Notes: generated by a model not told the origin, from the sequence alone. Counted from the first letter of the stretch, positions 9,211 to 19,668 are shown. The stretch: 64,000 bases of DNA from an uncultured Chloroflexia bacterium (GCA_963810725.1 CAWEOO010000008.1:588189-652188); one strand, 5' to 3'. Made by a program: numbers and translations.

Positions 9211-10269
9211 CAGGCTCTCGGCCAGTCGGCCACCGCGCACCACCGCCCGAGCATCGCGAGGTGCTTGCGGACGTGGCCGTGCAGGCAGTCCTGCGCCCAG
9301 CTCCAGCCGTCCGGGGAGCGAAGGTCCTCGATGGTGAGCGTCTCGACCGCCGCGAGGAGCGCGGCCCGCTCGTTGTCGTAGCGGGCCAGCGTCGCGGCCG
9401 GGCTCTCGTCACGCGCGGCGATGACGTGCCGCTCGTTCCAGGCGTCGATGCCTTCGTCCGGATCGGCGAGCCAGGTGCCGGTGGCGTGGAAGACCTCGAT
9501 GGCGCGGGCCCCTTCGAGCGCCCAGTCGGCGAGGTGGCCCACATGATCGCGGAGCGTCCAGCCCGGGGTGATCTCCTCGCCACTCCAGCGGTCGGGCGGG
9601 ACGGTTCGGACAAGCGCGTCGAACTGCGCGCCGATAGCCGCCTCCTGCACGCGGAAGCCCGCATGGTCGGGCGCCCGCGGGTCCGCGACGAACGGATCGC
9701 CATCGACCTGGCGGAGGCGGAGGGTTTCGGTCCACGGCTCGACGACCGCGAGGTGATCGAGGTAGTGGCCGTGCAGGACGAAGTACACCCAGCCCCAGGC
9801 CTCGTGGCCGCGGATCGTCTCGGGCGTCAGGCGCTGCGCCGCCGCGAGGAGGCGGGGCCGGGCGGCGGTCGAGGCGCGCCAGGATCGCCTCGGCCGACAT
9901 CGTCGTCCAGGGCGCCCGGCGGCGCTCGTTGTAGCGATCGAAATCGCCCCCGTCGTAGTCGTCGTCCGACGGCCAGCGGCCTGTCCCGATTGCCAGCGGG
10001 ATGTAGTCGGCCGCGAGCTCCTGCCAGTCGGCGATGTGGCCGATGTGCTCCGCGAGCGACCAATCCGGCCCGCCGGCATCCGACGGCGCGGCGCCGGGCA
10101 GATGCCAAGCGGCGTCGTCCAGGCCCGCCCACGACACCACGAGGCGATCCCAGGTGGCGGCCTCATCGGCCCAGAGATCCCGCTCCGCGCTGCGCAGGTC
10201 GAGGGCACGGACGTCCGCGAGGCTGGCCCGGCGAAGGTCGATCCTCGGCGTCGTGGTCGTGGCCGTCAT
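9210..10269 (-). pseudogene. tandem DinB-like domain protein, frame interrupted near 9855-9866
   Basis: The first half, MTATTTTPRIDL...WSLAEHIGHIADW...SAEAILARLD, lies in the frame of ORF 9409..11262. The continuation RPRLLAAAQRLTPETIRGHEAWGW...LRDHVGHLADW... is ORF 9210..10208. The break is in the run GGGGCCGGGCGGCGG. The ATG overlaps the proC stop (ATGA). Confidence 0.6.
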
Positions 10270-11135
10270 CTGGTCCGCGGACCCTCTCGGGCAGGTAACT
10301 CGACGCTGGCTTCGAGCTGATCGCCGAGCTCGACCGTGCGCCGGAACGCCGCCCAGACCGCTTCCGACAGAACCGTCCGCAGGCGGCCGCTCTCGAGCTC
10401 GTGCAGGGCCGCGGCCGACGTCCCGCCGGGGCTCGTGACCATGTTGCGCAACTCGGCGGGATGCATGCCGGACTGCTTCGCGAAGAGGGTGGAGCCCTCG
10501 AGCGTCTCGATCACGAGGTCGTGGGCCACATGGCGAGGGAAGCCGAGGTGCACGGCGGCGTCGATGAGCGCCTCCATGACGAGGAAAACGTAGGTGGGTC
10601 CGGTGCCGCTCACCGCCGTGGCCATCGCGACCATCTTCTCGTCGTCGACCTCGAGCTGGAGCCCCAGCGCGCCGAGCAGCGCCGCCGCCTGGGCGCGCTG
10701 CTCCTGGGTCGTCTCGGGCGTGGCGTACCAGACGCTCACGCCCTTGCCGAGGCGAGCCGGGGTGTTGGGCATGCTGCGGACGACCTGGTCGTGCCCGAGG
10801 ATGCCGGTCAGGGCCGCGGTCGTGGCGCCGGCGAGGACGCTCAGGACCAGCTGGCCGCGGCGCAGGTGCGGACCGATCTCGCGGCCGACCTTGTTCAGCA
10901 TCTGGGGCTTGATGCCAAGCAGGATCACGTCGGCATCCTTGACCGCTTCGACGTTGTCGGCCGCGGTCCGGATGCCGTACTCGCGCTCCAGGGCCTCGCG
11001 GCGCTCGGCCCGCGGATGGCTCGCGATCACGCGCTCGGCGTCCACGAGGGCGCCGCGGAGCAGGCCGGCGATCATCGCCTCGGCCATGACGCCAGAGCCG
11101 ACCGTGGCGATCGTTGCGTTCGCGAGGGGGGACAT
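10266..11135 (-). CDS. proC: pyrroline-5-carboxylate reductase
   Basis: ORF 10266..11183 with start at ATG 11135 (MSPLAN). Motifs present: NAD-binding ATVGSGVMAEAMI, MPNTPA, and the SPGGTSAAAL C-terminal motif. Confidence 0.9.
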   Translation of the reverse strand: MSPLANATIATVGSGVMAEAMIAGLLRGALVDAERVIASHPRAERREALEREYGIRTAADNVEAVKDADVILLGIKPQMLNKVGREIGPHLRRGQLVLSVLAGATTAALTGILGHDQVVRSMPNTPARLGKGVSVWYATPETTQEQRAQAAALLGALGLQLEVDDEKMVAMATAVSGTGPTYVFLVMEALIDAAVHLGFPRHVAHDLVIETLEGSTLFAKQSGMHPAELRNMVTSPGGTSAAALHELESGRLRTVLSEAVWAAFRRTVELGDQLEASVELPAREGPRTR

Positions 11136-11520
11136 CGGCCGGAGTATAGCGACGCGGGTGGCGTGCACCGACGAGCGTTCCACGCGTGGCGGGACGGGCT
11201 CCTGCGGTCGGGGATCTGAGGTAGGTCGTCAGACACGCGCCGCCCCGACCGTCATTCGTCATGCTCGTGCTCGCTGCATGGTCGCCGCACGCTCTTTACC
11301 TTCGGCAAGATGTCGAAGGCCCGGCCGACGTCGTCCCTTACCGCCCCTGCGGGGTCGTGGCGACCATGCACGTAGCGCGATGGTCGACGATCCGGGCTGT
11401 CCGTCCGGCTATCGACCCCTGTTGTGCTCACCACGTCTATGCAGCGCGCATCGAGGCGCTCAAGCGCGCCGGCCCACGGGGCGGCGAAGCTCCAGCCGCC
11501 GGCACCGTGGCATCCGATCG

Positions 11521-12183
11521 TCAGCCCGACCGAGCGGACCCGAGAACGAAGAACCGTCCGGTGGTCGTGACACCCACGTCCGTGAAGCCGGCGTCGGTCA
11601 AGGCCACGGTCAACTCGGCGGGGCTGTAGTACACCTTCACGATCGTGAACTCGCGGCCGTCGGCCAGACGGCGCGTGGCAAGGTCGTCGGCAGGCTCGGG
11701 ATGGTCGGCGGCGCCCGACGCGGCGTCGGGCAGGGAATCGATGGCCGCGAAGCGCCCACCGGGCTTGAGCCAGCGGCGCGCGAGGGCCAGGAAGTCGCCG
11801 AGTCGCTCGCGCGGGACGTGGCTCAGCCAGAAGCCGAGGAACAGGCCGTCCACCGCCCGGTCCGGCTCGGCCCACGCGTCGCGCACATGCAGGTGGGCGC
11901 GGAGGTTGTGCGCCACGAGCCGCTCGCGCGCCCGATCGAGGGCCGCCGGCGACGCGTCGTACAGGGACAGCTCACCACGTGACGCGAGCAGTGGCGACCA
12001 CCAGCCCGTTCCGGCCGCGAGCTCGACGATGTCGCCGTTCCACGGCAGCCCGTCCAGCCACCGACCGGCGCTGTCGAGCTCGGCGTTCCACGCGGCATCG
12101 TGGATCGCGCCGCGCGCATAGCGGCCGCGGCGCAGGTACCAGTCGTCGTATTCCGGGGCGCGCGCCTCGTAGTAGTCGATCAT
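11521..12183 (-). CDS. class I SAM-dependent methyltransferase
   Basis: ORF 11521..12183. SAM motif I is VELAAGTGWW and the post-I acidic residue is in LYDASP. The LKPGGRF motif is also present. Confidence 0.8.
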   Translation of the reverse strand: MIDYYEARAPEYDDWYLRRGRYARGAIHDAAWNAELDSAGRWLDGLPWNGDIVELAAGTGWWSPLLASRGELSLYDASPAALDRARERLVAHNLRAHLHVRDAWAEPDRAVDGLFLGFWLSHVPRERLGDFLALARRWLKPGGRFAAIDSLPDAASGAADHPEPADDLATRRLADGREFTIVKVYYSPAELTVALTDAGFTDVGVTTTGRFFVLGSARSG

Positions 12184-12493
12184 CGAGCGCTCGGCGTCGG
12201 TGGCGGTCGAGGCGTCGGGCGGCCCGGGCGGTCGGTGCGGTCGCGGTCGCGGTCGCCGTGTCGAGGGCGGGGGCCGCCTCGCCCCCCTCCGCTCCCTCTC
12301 CCGGCGCCGCGGTCCGTGCGGCCGCCGACCGCTCGGTCAATGCCTGGCGCAACCGGAAGCGGAGGAACCCGTTGTCACCGGCCTTGCCCACGCAGTCCGG
12401 GCAGAGCTGCGCCCAGCCCTCAAGGTCGTCGGGCGATCTGACCGTGTGGGCAGCTCCGCACCACAGGCACGAGAACGACGCGAGGAAGGGCAA
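12184..12493 (-). CDS. candidate C4 zinc-ribbon protein; 3' end unresolved
   Basis: Same frame as ORF 11972..12784. A possible TTG start at 12493 lies just after the upstream stop. The product contains FSCLWCG...(17 aa)...LCPDCVGKAGDNGFLRFRLRQAL and then a low-complexity linker (TATATATAPTA, encoded by a GCGACC x3 repeat). The frame then runs about 210 nt into the methyltransferase gene without a stop. Confidence 0.35.
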
Positions 12494-12495
12494 GG

Positions 12496-13428
12496 TCAGC
12501 CGACCGGGACCGGGGTCCAGCCGCCGGGTGGGGCGATGTCCACGAAACCCGCCGGATCCATGATCTCGGCGAGGAGCTCGATCCCGTCGATGACGCGCGG
12601 ACCGGGGCGCGAGAAGTACGCCGAGCCATCGACCGCGAACACCGCGCCCCGCTGGACCGCGGGCAGCTCGGCCAGCCATGGCGGGACCGGGGTCCTGGCC
12701 CAGGTGCGGACCGTCTCCGACAGGTGGAACCCGCACGGCATGAGGAACAGCATCTCCGGGTCCACCTCGGCGACCGCGTCCCACGTGGTCGCGTGCGCCT
12801 TCTCCCCGTCAGAGCCCAGCAGGTCCCAGCCGCCGGCTCGGCGAATCTGCTCGGGCACCCAGTGGCCCACCGTGAACGGCGGATCGAGCCACTCGAGCGC
12901 GACGACCCGCGGCGCCCGGTGACCGGCCTCTCGACGCGCCGCGACCCGCTGTTCGATCGCCCCGAGCCGCTCGCGCAACGCCTCGACCACGTCGATGGCG
13001 GCGTCCTCGACCTCGGCCATCGCGCCGACCGTCGTGATGGTGTTGAGGATGCCCTCGATCGACGTCGGCTCGAGCGACACGACCGTGATGTCGGCGTCGA
13101 TCCGGCGAGCGACCTCGTTCACCTCGCGATAGCTCACCGCGCAGACCCGGCACAGCTCCTGGGTCAGGATAAGGTCCGGTTTGGCGGCCGCCAGCGCCTC
13201 CTCGTCAAGCTCGTACAGCGACGACCCGCCGTGCATCGACGCGGTCACCCGCGCGTGGATATCCCGAGACGAGGCGCCGGTGAGGTCCTGCACGCTGCGC
13301 GTAACGACGGGCTTGCCCACGACCGACGGCGGCCAGTCGCACTCGTGCGTGACGGCGACGAGCTCGTCCTGCAGCCCGATCGCACAGACGATCTCGGTGG
13401 CCGACGGAAGCAGCGACACGATGCGCAT
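12496..13428 (-). CDS. BtuF/FecB-like (class III periplasmic-binding-protein fold) protein without a signal peptide
   Basis: ORF 12496..13473 with start at ATG 13428. The N-terminus RIVSLLPSATEIVCAIG...VAVTHECD and the DLILTQ strand are typical of cobalamin/iron-siderophore binding proteins. There is no hydrophobic leader. Confidence 0.7.
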   Translation of the reverse strand: MRIVSLLPSATEIVCAIGLQDELVAVTHECDWPPSVVGKPVVTRSVQDLTGASSRDIHARVTASMHGGSSLYELDEEALAAAKPDLILTQELCRVCAVSYREVNEVARRIDADITVVSLEPTSIEGILNTITTVGAMAEVEDAAIDVVEALRERLGAIEQRVAARREAGHRAPRVVALEWLDPPFTVGHWVPEQIRRAGGWDLLGSDGEKAHATTWDAVAEVDPEMLFLMPCGFHLSETVRTWARTPVPPWLAELPAVQRGAVFAVDGSAYFSRPGPRVIDGIELLAEIMDPAGFVDIAPPGGWTPVPVG

Positions 13429-13509
13429 TGCGAGGGCCGGGGTACCGGCACCCTCAACGGGGAGCTGACACACGCGCCCCGAGGTCTGAGGGGGAGCTCC
13501 GCGACGCCA

Positions 13510-13800
13510 TCAGCCCGAGGGCTTGATCTCGTCTGTGGCGGCCCGGGCGGCGGCCTTGTCCGTGTACCACGTGGCGTCGATCACGGTGAACTTCGCCCAC
13601 TCGGGCGGCAACGACTCTTCCGGGAAGATCGCGTTCACCGGGCATTCGGGCTCGCAGGCGCCGCAATCGATGCACTCGTTGGGATCGATGAACAGCTTGC
13701 GGTCCACGCCCTCTTCGTAGTGGATGCAGTCGACCGGACAGACGGACACGCACGAGATGTCGAGCACATCGATGCACGGCTCGGCGATCACATACGTCAT
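13510..13800 (-). CDS. fdxA: 7Fe-type ferredoxin
   Basis: The tail of ORF 13510..14529 from ATG 13800 reads [26 protein letters not shown]...[16 protein letters not shown]. These are the Cys patterns of a [3Fe-4S] plus [4Fe-4S] ferredoxin. Confidence 0.9.
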   Translation of the reverse strand: MTYVIAEPCIDVLDISCVSVCPVDCIHYEEGVDRKLFIDPNECIDCGACEPECPVNAIFPEESLPPEWAKFTVIDATWYTDKAAARAATDEIKPSG

Positions 13801-13882
13801 GCAGCGTCCTCCTCGAGCGGTGTCGGAACGTCCGAAATGCGCACCCCGTCGGCGCGGGTCCAGAGCGTACCACCGGCCGCGC

Positions 13883-14420
13883 TCACGACGCGCCGACCCA
13901 GCGTACGGGAACCTGCATCCCGCGCTCCCAGTGGCCGGGGATATGGCAGCCGACGATGAACGCCGGCGGGTTGCCGCCGGAATCGCCGGTCGGGACGGTC
14001 CACGATGACGTCCACGCGTTCGCCCGACCGAACGACGATGCGCAGACCCGAGACCTCGGGCGCCACGCTGACGACGGGCGTCGGACCGGGTGGCGCCCCG
14101 GCGACCGCGGCCTCGGCGCGCTCCCAGGCGTCCTGGACACCCGCGTCGCCGATGATCGCCTCGTGGACCTCGAGACCGCCGTTGATGACGTGCAGCAGCA
14201 CGGTCTCGCCGGGAACGAGGTCGAGGGTCGCAGGCAGGAACTCGTAGTCCTTCGCGATGAGGTTGACCTCGCGCGGGGCCGCGGAGGCTCCCGGGACGAT
14301 GGGCGGTGTTGCCGGGGCCGGGCCCGCCTCGCACGCGCCGGAAATGGCCGCGGCCACGGCGAGCAGGCCCGTCAGCGCGATGCGCTGGCGGCGGGCACCC
14401 GAACTGCGCCACCGATCCAC
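13883..14420 (-). pseudogene. cupredoxin-domain lipoprotein (azurin-like CxxPGH...M loop), frame interrupted near 14000-14010
   Basis: ORF 13797..14420 gives a signal peptide with lipobox (AISGAC) and cupredoxin strands ([30 protein letters not shown]). The copper loop [33 protein letters not shown] lies in ORF 13883..14140. Confidence 0.65.
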
Positions 14421-14582
14421 CAGCCGAGTCTATGGCGCGACGACCGGAACGACCCGCGAATCCGCTTGACACCGCCGCTGCGCGCGCCGCATCGTTCGCG
14501 CGACCCGCCACCGAGCCCGGCGCCGTCACAGCAACGAGGGGCGTGGTTGACCTTGCCGATCGATACCCGCGCGACCGAGCCT

Positions 14583-15678
14583 GTGGCCGCCCGCGGCGCC
14601 GCCGTCGGCGAGCGCGCGGACACGACCGGGATCGCGGTCCGACTCGAGGGTCTCGAGAAGCGCTACGGCGAGGTGGTCGCGGTCGCAGGGGTCGATCTGG
14701 ACGTCCGCGATGGCGAGTTCTTCTCGATGCTCGGGCCGTCGGGTTCGGGCAAGACGACGACCCTGCGGATGATCGCCGGCTTCGAGCTGCCGACCGCGGG
14801 CCGGATCCTGCTCCATGGCGCGGACGTCACAGCCGTCCCGCCGTTCGACCGTGACGTGAACACCGTCTTCCAGGACTACGCCCTGTTCCCGCACATGACG
14901 GTCGGGCAGAACGTTGCCTACGGCCTCGTCGTGCGCAAGGTGGCCCGGGCCGAGCGCGAGGCGCGCGTGGCGGAGGCGCTCCGGATGGTCCGTCTCGAGG
15001 GCTATGACGGTCGCCGGCCAGCCCAGCTCTCAGGCGGTCAACGTCAGCGCGTCGCCCTCGCCCGCGCGCTCGTGAACCGGCCTCGGGTCCTCCTCCTCGA
15101 TGAGCCGCTCGGCGCCCTGGATCTCAAGCTTCGCGAAGAGATGCAGATCGAGCTCAAGGCCATCCAGCAGCAGGTCGGCATCACCTTCATCTACGTGACC
15201 CATGACCAGGAGGAGGCGCTCACCATGAGCGACCGCCTGGCGGTCTTCCGGGACGGCCGGATCGAGCAATTGGGTACGCCAGCCGATGTGTACGAGCGAC
15301 CGGCAACCCGGTTCGTGGCGGGCTTTGTGGGGACGTCCAACCTGGTCCGAGGCGAGGCTGCACAGCAGGTCCTCGGGCGAGCCGGCACATTCACGATCCG
15401 GCCGGAGAAGATCCGACTGGCCGAGCCGGACGCCACCGCCGCGGACGACGAGACGGCGGCCCCGGGCACGATCCAGGAGGTCGTCTATCTCGGGCCGGAG
15501 ACCCGGTACATCGTGATCCTGGAGGCGGGCGCTCGGCTCGTCGTCACCCAACAGAACCTGGCGACCACCTCGACCGAGGCGCTCGCCCAGCAAGGCAAGG
15601 CTGTCCGCCTGATCTGGAAGCGACAGCACGAGCTCCGCGTCGCGGATGGCGACGGATCGAATCGAGGAGGAGGCATGA
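14583..15678 (+). CDS. ABC transporter ATP-binding protein, PotA-like
   Basis: An internal part of the long ORF 13956..17129. Motifs: Walker [10 protein letters not shown], signature LSGGQRQR, Walker B LLLDEP, and a TOBE-like C-terminal domain. The proposed start is GTG 14583. There is no in-frame stop before the next gene (see findings); a TGA at 15676-15678 exists in another frame. Confidence 0.8.
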
Positions 15679-16857
15679 AGCGCATGCGACATGGACGGTT
15701 CCTGGCGTTGGCGACGGTCGCCGCGCTCGCCATCGGAGCGTGTACCGGCGCAGGCGGTAGCCCCGCACCGAGTGCGCAGGCGTCGCTCGGGGCGGGCGAG
15801 GGGGCGCTGAACCTGATCATCTGGGCCGGCTATGCCGAGCGCGGCGCGGTCAACCCGGACTTCGACTGGGTGACGCCATTCGAGACGGAGACCGGCTGCA
15901 AGGTCAACACGACCGACATGACCGACTCCAACAATGGTGTGTCGCTCATGCAGTCCGGCGATTATGACGGCGGCTCGTTCTCGGGCGACGCTACCAACCG
16001 GCTCATGGCCGGTGGCATCGTCGCTCCCATCAATACGGCCCTGATCCCGAACTACGCGAACATCTTCGAGGGCCTCAAGAACAAGGGCCACAACTCATTG
16101 GCCGGTGTGCCCTATGGCGTCCCGCATGGCCGTGGGCCGAACCTGCTCATGTACAACACCGACGTCGTAACGACCGCGCCAACCAGCTGGGATCCGGTCT
16201 GGGAGGGCGGCTCTGAGTACGCCGGCAAGATCAGCATCTACGACTCGTCGATCTACATCGCCGACGCCGCCTTGCACCTGATGACGACCAAGCCCGACCT
16301 CGGCATCAAGAATCCCTACCAGCTCAACCAGGCTCAGTTCGACGCCGCGATCGCCCTGCTCGAGGCCCAGAAGGCGAACGGCGCTCAGTACTGGGGCACC
16401 TACACGGACCAGGTCAACACGTTCGGGTCCGGCGACACCGTCATCGGCACCTCCTGGCAGTTCCAGGTCAACCTGATGTCGTCCGAAGGCGCCCCGATCG
16501 CCGGCGTGCTGCCGGAGGAGGGCTCGACCGGCTGGTCCGATACGTGGATGATCGCCAAAGCAGCCAAGAACCCCAACTGCATGTACATGTGGATGAACCA
16601 CATGGCGTCGGCCGAGGCCAACGGGCAGGCCACGGTCTGGTTCGGCGAAGCACCGACCAGCCAGCAGGCGTGTGACTATGCGGAAATCCATCTCGGCCGG
16701 GCACTGCGAGCTGACGCACGCAACGGACGAGGCCTACTACGACAAGATCTGGTACTGGAGCACGCCGCAGGCAGACTGCGCCGACGACGACTCCGCGACC
16801 ACCTGCAAGGACCAGGACGCCTGGGTCGCCGCCTGGACCACGCTGCGCGGCGGCTGA
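15675..16857 (+). pseudogene. PotD/PotF-like extracellular solute-binding lipoprotein, frame interrupted near 16693-16702
   Basis: A GGAGGAGG box precedes ATG 15675 and there is a lipobox LAIGAC. The PotD-like body runs to ...SQQACDYAE. The conserved C-terminus [23 protein letters not shown]... is in ORF 16672..16857. Confidence 0.75.
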
Positions 16858-16878
16858 CCCGCGCGAGCGCCCGACACC

Positions 16879-17853
16879 GTGACCGACGAAGGGCTCCCGG
16901 GCTCTCCCCAGGAGCCCTTCGCCACGCCACCCGCCGCCACGCCGCCGGCCGTCGCTCTCAGGTCGGCCCCGGCGCGGCCGCGGCCGGGGCTCGCCCACCG
17001 CATCTCCACGTGGGTCTATCCGCGCTCCCGAGTCCAGCTCGCTTCCCTCCTGGCCGGGCCGTTGGGCTGGCTGGCCATCGCGTATCTCGGTGCGCTGTTC
17101 ATCCTGTTGCTCAACGCGTTCTGGGATAAGGACGCATTCACCGGCAGGGTCGAGCCGTTCGCCTGGACGCTCGATGCATTCATCGAGCTCGTCACCACCG
17201 ACGTCTACCGGACGATCGCCCTGCGGACCGTGGGCATGGCCATCCTGGTGACGGCCACCGACATCGTCCTGGCCTTCCCGATCGCCTACTACATGGCCCG
17301 CGTCGCCTCGCCACGCGTCCGTGGGCTGCTCGTCATCGCGGTGCTGATGCCGCTCTGGGCGGCCTACCTCGTCAAGGTCTACGCCTGGCGCACGATCCTG
17401 CAGGGCAACGGTCTGGCCGACTGGATCCTGAGACCGCTGGGCATCGAGCCGTCCGGCCTGACCGCGTTGAGCAACAGCTGGCTGGTCCTGAGCTACCTGT
17501 GGCTGCCGTACATGATCCTGCCGATCTACGCCGGCCTGGAGCGCATCCCGCGCTCCCTGCTGGAGGCGTCGTCCGACCTGGGCGGGCGCCCGGGCACGAC
17601 GTTCCGAAGGGTGATCCTGCCGCTCGTCTTTCCGGCCCTGGTGGCGGGTTCGATCTTTACGTTTTCGCTGACCCTCGGCGACTACATCACGCCGGATCTG
17701 GTGTCCGACGCGAAGTTCATCGGCAATGTGATCTACGACAATTCGAGCCTTGGCAACCTGCCACTGGCCGCCGCCTATTCATTGCTGCCGATCGTGATCA
17801 TGACCATCTACCTGCTTGTGGCGCGCCGCCTCGGCGCCTTCGAATCGCTGTGA
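16879..17853 (+). CDS. ABC transporter permease (PotB-like)
   Basis: ORF 16879..17853. It is multi-TM and carries the EAA-type loop [21 protein letters not shown]. Confidence 0.8.
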   Translation: MTDEGLPGSPQEPFATPPAATPPAVALRSAPARPRPGLAHRISTWVYPRSRVQLASLLAGPLGWLAIAYLGALFILLLNAFWDKDAFTGRVEPFAWTLDAFIELVTTDVYRTIALRTVGMAILVTATDIVLAFPIAYYMARVASPRVRGLLVIAVLMPLWAAYLVKVYAWRTILQGNGLADWILRPLGIEPSGLTALSNSWLVLSYLWLPYMILPIYAGLERIPRSLLEASSDLGGRPGTTFRRVILPLVFPALVAGSIFTFSLTLGDYITPDLVSDAKFIGNVIYDNSSLGNLPLAAAYSLLPIVIMTIYLLVARRLGAFESL

Positions 17854-17863
17854 GGCGACGGCC

Positions 17864-18664
17864 ATGATCGAGTCGCGCGCCGTCCGAATCCTGCTGCGCC
17901 TGGCTTCAAGCGTGGTCCTCGTCTTCCTGTACCTGCCCGTCGTGATCCTGGCGATCTATGCCTTCAACGAAAGCCGCCTCCAAGTCTGGCCGCCGACCGG
18001 TTTCACGCTGCGCTGGTTCGGTGAGGCAGCCAGCAACCCCGGCCTCATCCAGGCGATCCTGAACTCGCTCAGCGTGGCGACCGCGGCGACGGCCATTGCC
18101 CTCGTGTTGGGCACGCTTGCCGCGCTGGCTGTGCAGCGCTACGCCTTCTTCGGACGCCAGACGATCTCGTTCCTGCTCGTGCTGCCGATCGCCTTGCCAG
18201 GCGTGGTGACCGGCATCGCGCTTCGTACGTCGTTCGTGACGTTCGGGATCGACTTCGGCCTGCTGACCATCATCATCGGCCATGCCACCTTCTGCGTGGT
18301 CATCGCCTACAACAACGTCGTTGCCCGGCTTCGACGCCTGCCAAAGTCGCCCGAAGAAGCTTCGGCGGACCTCGGAGCCGACGCGTTCACGACGTTCCGT
18401 CGAGTGACGCTACCCGGTATGGGCACGGCCCTTCTGAGTGGCGGGCTGCTGGCGTTCGCGCTGTCGTTCGACGAGATCATCGTGACGAACTTCACGGCCG
18501 GGGCCGGGACACAAACGGTCCCAATGTGGATTCTGGCCGCCATCCAGCGGCCGACCGAGCTGCCGGTCGTGAATGTCGTGGCACTGATGCTGATCGTGAT
18601 CTCAGTGGTGCCGGTGTGGCTCGCGACTCGGATCAGCTCCGGGGTCGAGAGTGCACGACTCTGA
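17864..18664 (+). CDS. ABC transporter permease (PotC-like)
   Basis: ORF 17816..18664 with start at ATG 17864 (MIESRAV). The EAA loop is EEASADLGADAFTTFRRVTLP. Confidence 0.8.
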   Translation: MIESRAVRILLRLASSVVLVFLYLPVVILAIYAFNESRLQVWPPTGFTLRWFGEAASNPGLIQAILNSLSVATAATAIALVLGTLAALAVQRYAFFGRQTISFLLVLPIALPGVVTGIALRTSFVTFGIDFGLLTIIIGHATFCVVIAYNNVVARLRRLPKSPEEASADLGADAFTTFRRVTLPGMGTALLSGGLLAFALSFDEIIVTNFTAGAGTQTVPMWILAAIQRPTELPVVNVVALMLIVISVVPVWLATRISSGVESARL

Positions 18665-18729
18665 AAGGGTCAGCCAGGACCGTCCAAGCGACGCAAGATG
18701 CCGACGAGGTCGCAAGCGCGCGGACCTGA

Positions 18730-18813
18730 TCAGGACCAGCGACGTCCGAGGTCGGCCGCGACCGGAGCCAGGACGACGAGGAAGTAGACAAACGACAAGC
18801 GCAATCGCGCCAT
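18730..18813 (-). CDS. candidate 27-aa membrane peptide
   Basis: ATG 18813 follows a strong GGAGGTG box. The product is MARLRLSFVYFLVVLAPVAADLGRRWS. It sits in the convergent spacer between potC-like and msrB. The C-terminal GRRW is shared with the 5627-5725 peptide. Confidence 0.3.
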   Translation of the reverse strand: MARLRLSFVYFLVVLAPVAADLGRRWS

Positions 18814-18925
18814 GGGGCACCTCCGCCGGCCGCGACCGGCACCGGATCCGCCGGTCGATCCCGACGAGGAGTGCCCGATCGAACCCGTGGAACCGCAGTA
18901 TCCCAACGGGCGCTTCAGCTGCGGC

Positions 18926-19378
<453 letters not shown>

Positions 19379-19417
19379 CGTGTCGGGACGGTGACGGAGG
19401 ACGGGCGGGCCGCGACC

Positions 19418-19588
19418 TCACATCGATGGCGCGTATCCCGGATCGAGGTATTTGTCCGGGTCGTCCTGGAACTCGAGCAGGCAGCCCTTGCCACAGAACC
19501 AGTAGGTCGTCCCGTCGTGCTCGAGGGACAGCTGCGAGGTCATGGTGTCGACCTCCATCCCGCACACGGGATCGATCGCGATGGCCAT
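19418..19588 (-). CDS. YHS/TRASH-domain metal-binding protein
   Basis: Tail of ORF 19418..19645 from ATG 19588: MAIAIDPVCGMEVD...YWFCGKGCLLEF. Confidence 0.75.
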   Translation of the reverse strand: MAIAIDPVCGMEVDTMTSQLSLEHDGTTYWFCGKGCLLEFQDDPDKYLDPGYAPSM

Positions 19589-19668
19589 GGTCCTGATCTC
19601 CTTCGTGGCTGAGTCCCGCAAGGATAGGTCGATGTGCGCCGGCATGGGCTCGGGCGTACAGTCCGCCG

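Noticed and set aside
11136-11520. Coding potential in the 385-bp gap between proC and the methyltransferase: ORF 11261..11629 on the plus strand and the tail of ORF 11252..11875 on the minus strand.
   Set aside because: Neither translation shows a motif, an SD-preceded start or convincing composition. I left the gap unassigned. It could hold the proC promoter.
12236-12253. GGTCGC x3 hexanucleotide tandem repeat, considered as a possible CRISPR or VNTR element.
   Set aside because: It has only three short units with no spacers. It simply encodes a TATATA peptide linker. No CRISPR-like repeat-spacer structure is seen anywhere in the window.
13429-13509. A possible cobalamin riboswitch upstream of the BtuF-like gene.
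   Set aside because: The spacer is only about 80 nt, which is too short for a cobalamin aptamer plus expression platform, and I could not see a B12-box-like element.
13956-14582. A 209-codon N-terminal extension of the PotA-like ATPase implied by the 1057-aa ORF 13956..17129.
   Set aside because: This stretch is antisense to the cupredoxin lipoprotein gene and reads as Arg/Asp/Gly junk. The ATPase homology only begins near [13 protein letters not shown], so a start at GTG 14583 or the TTGs at 14547/14553 is more sensible.
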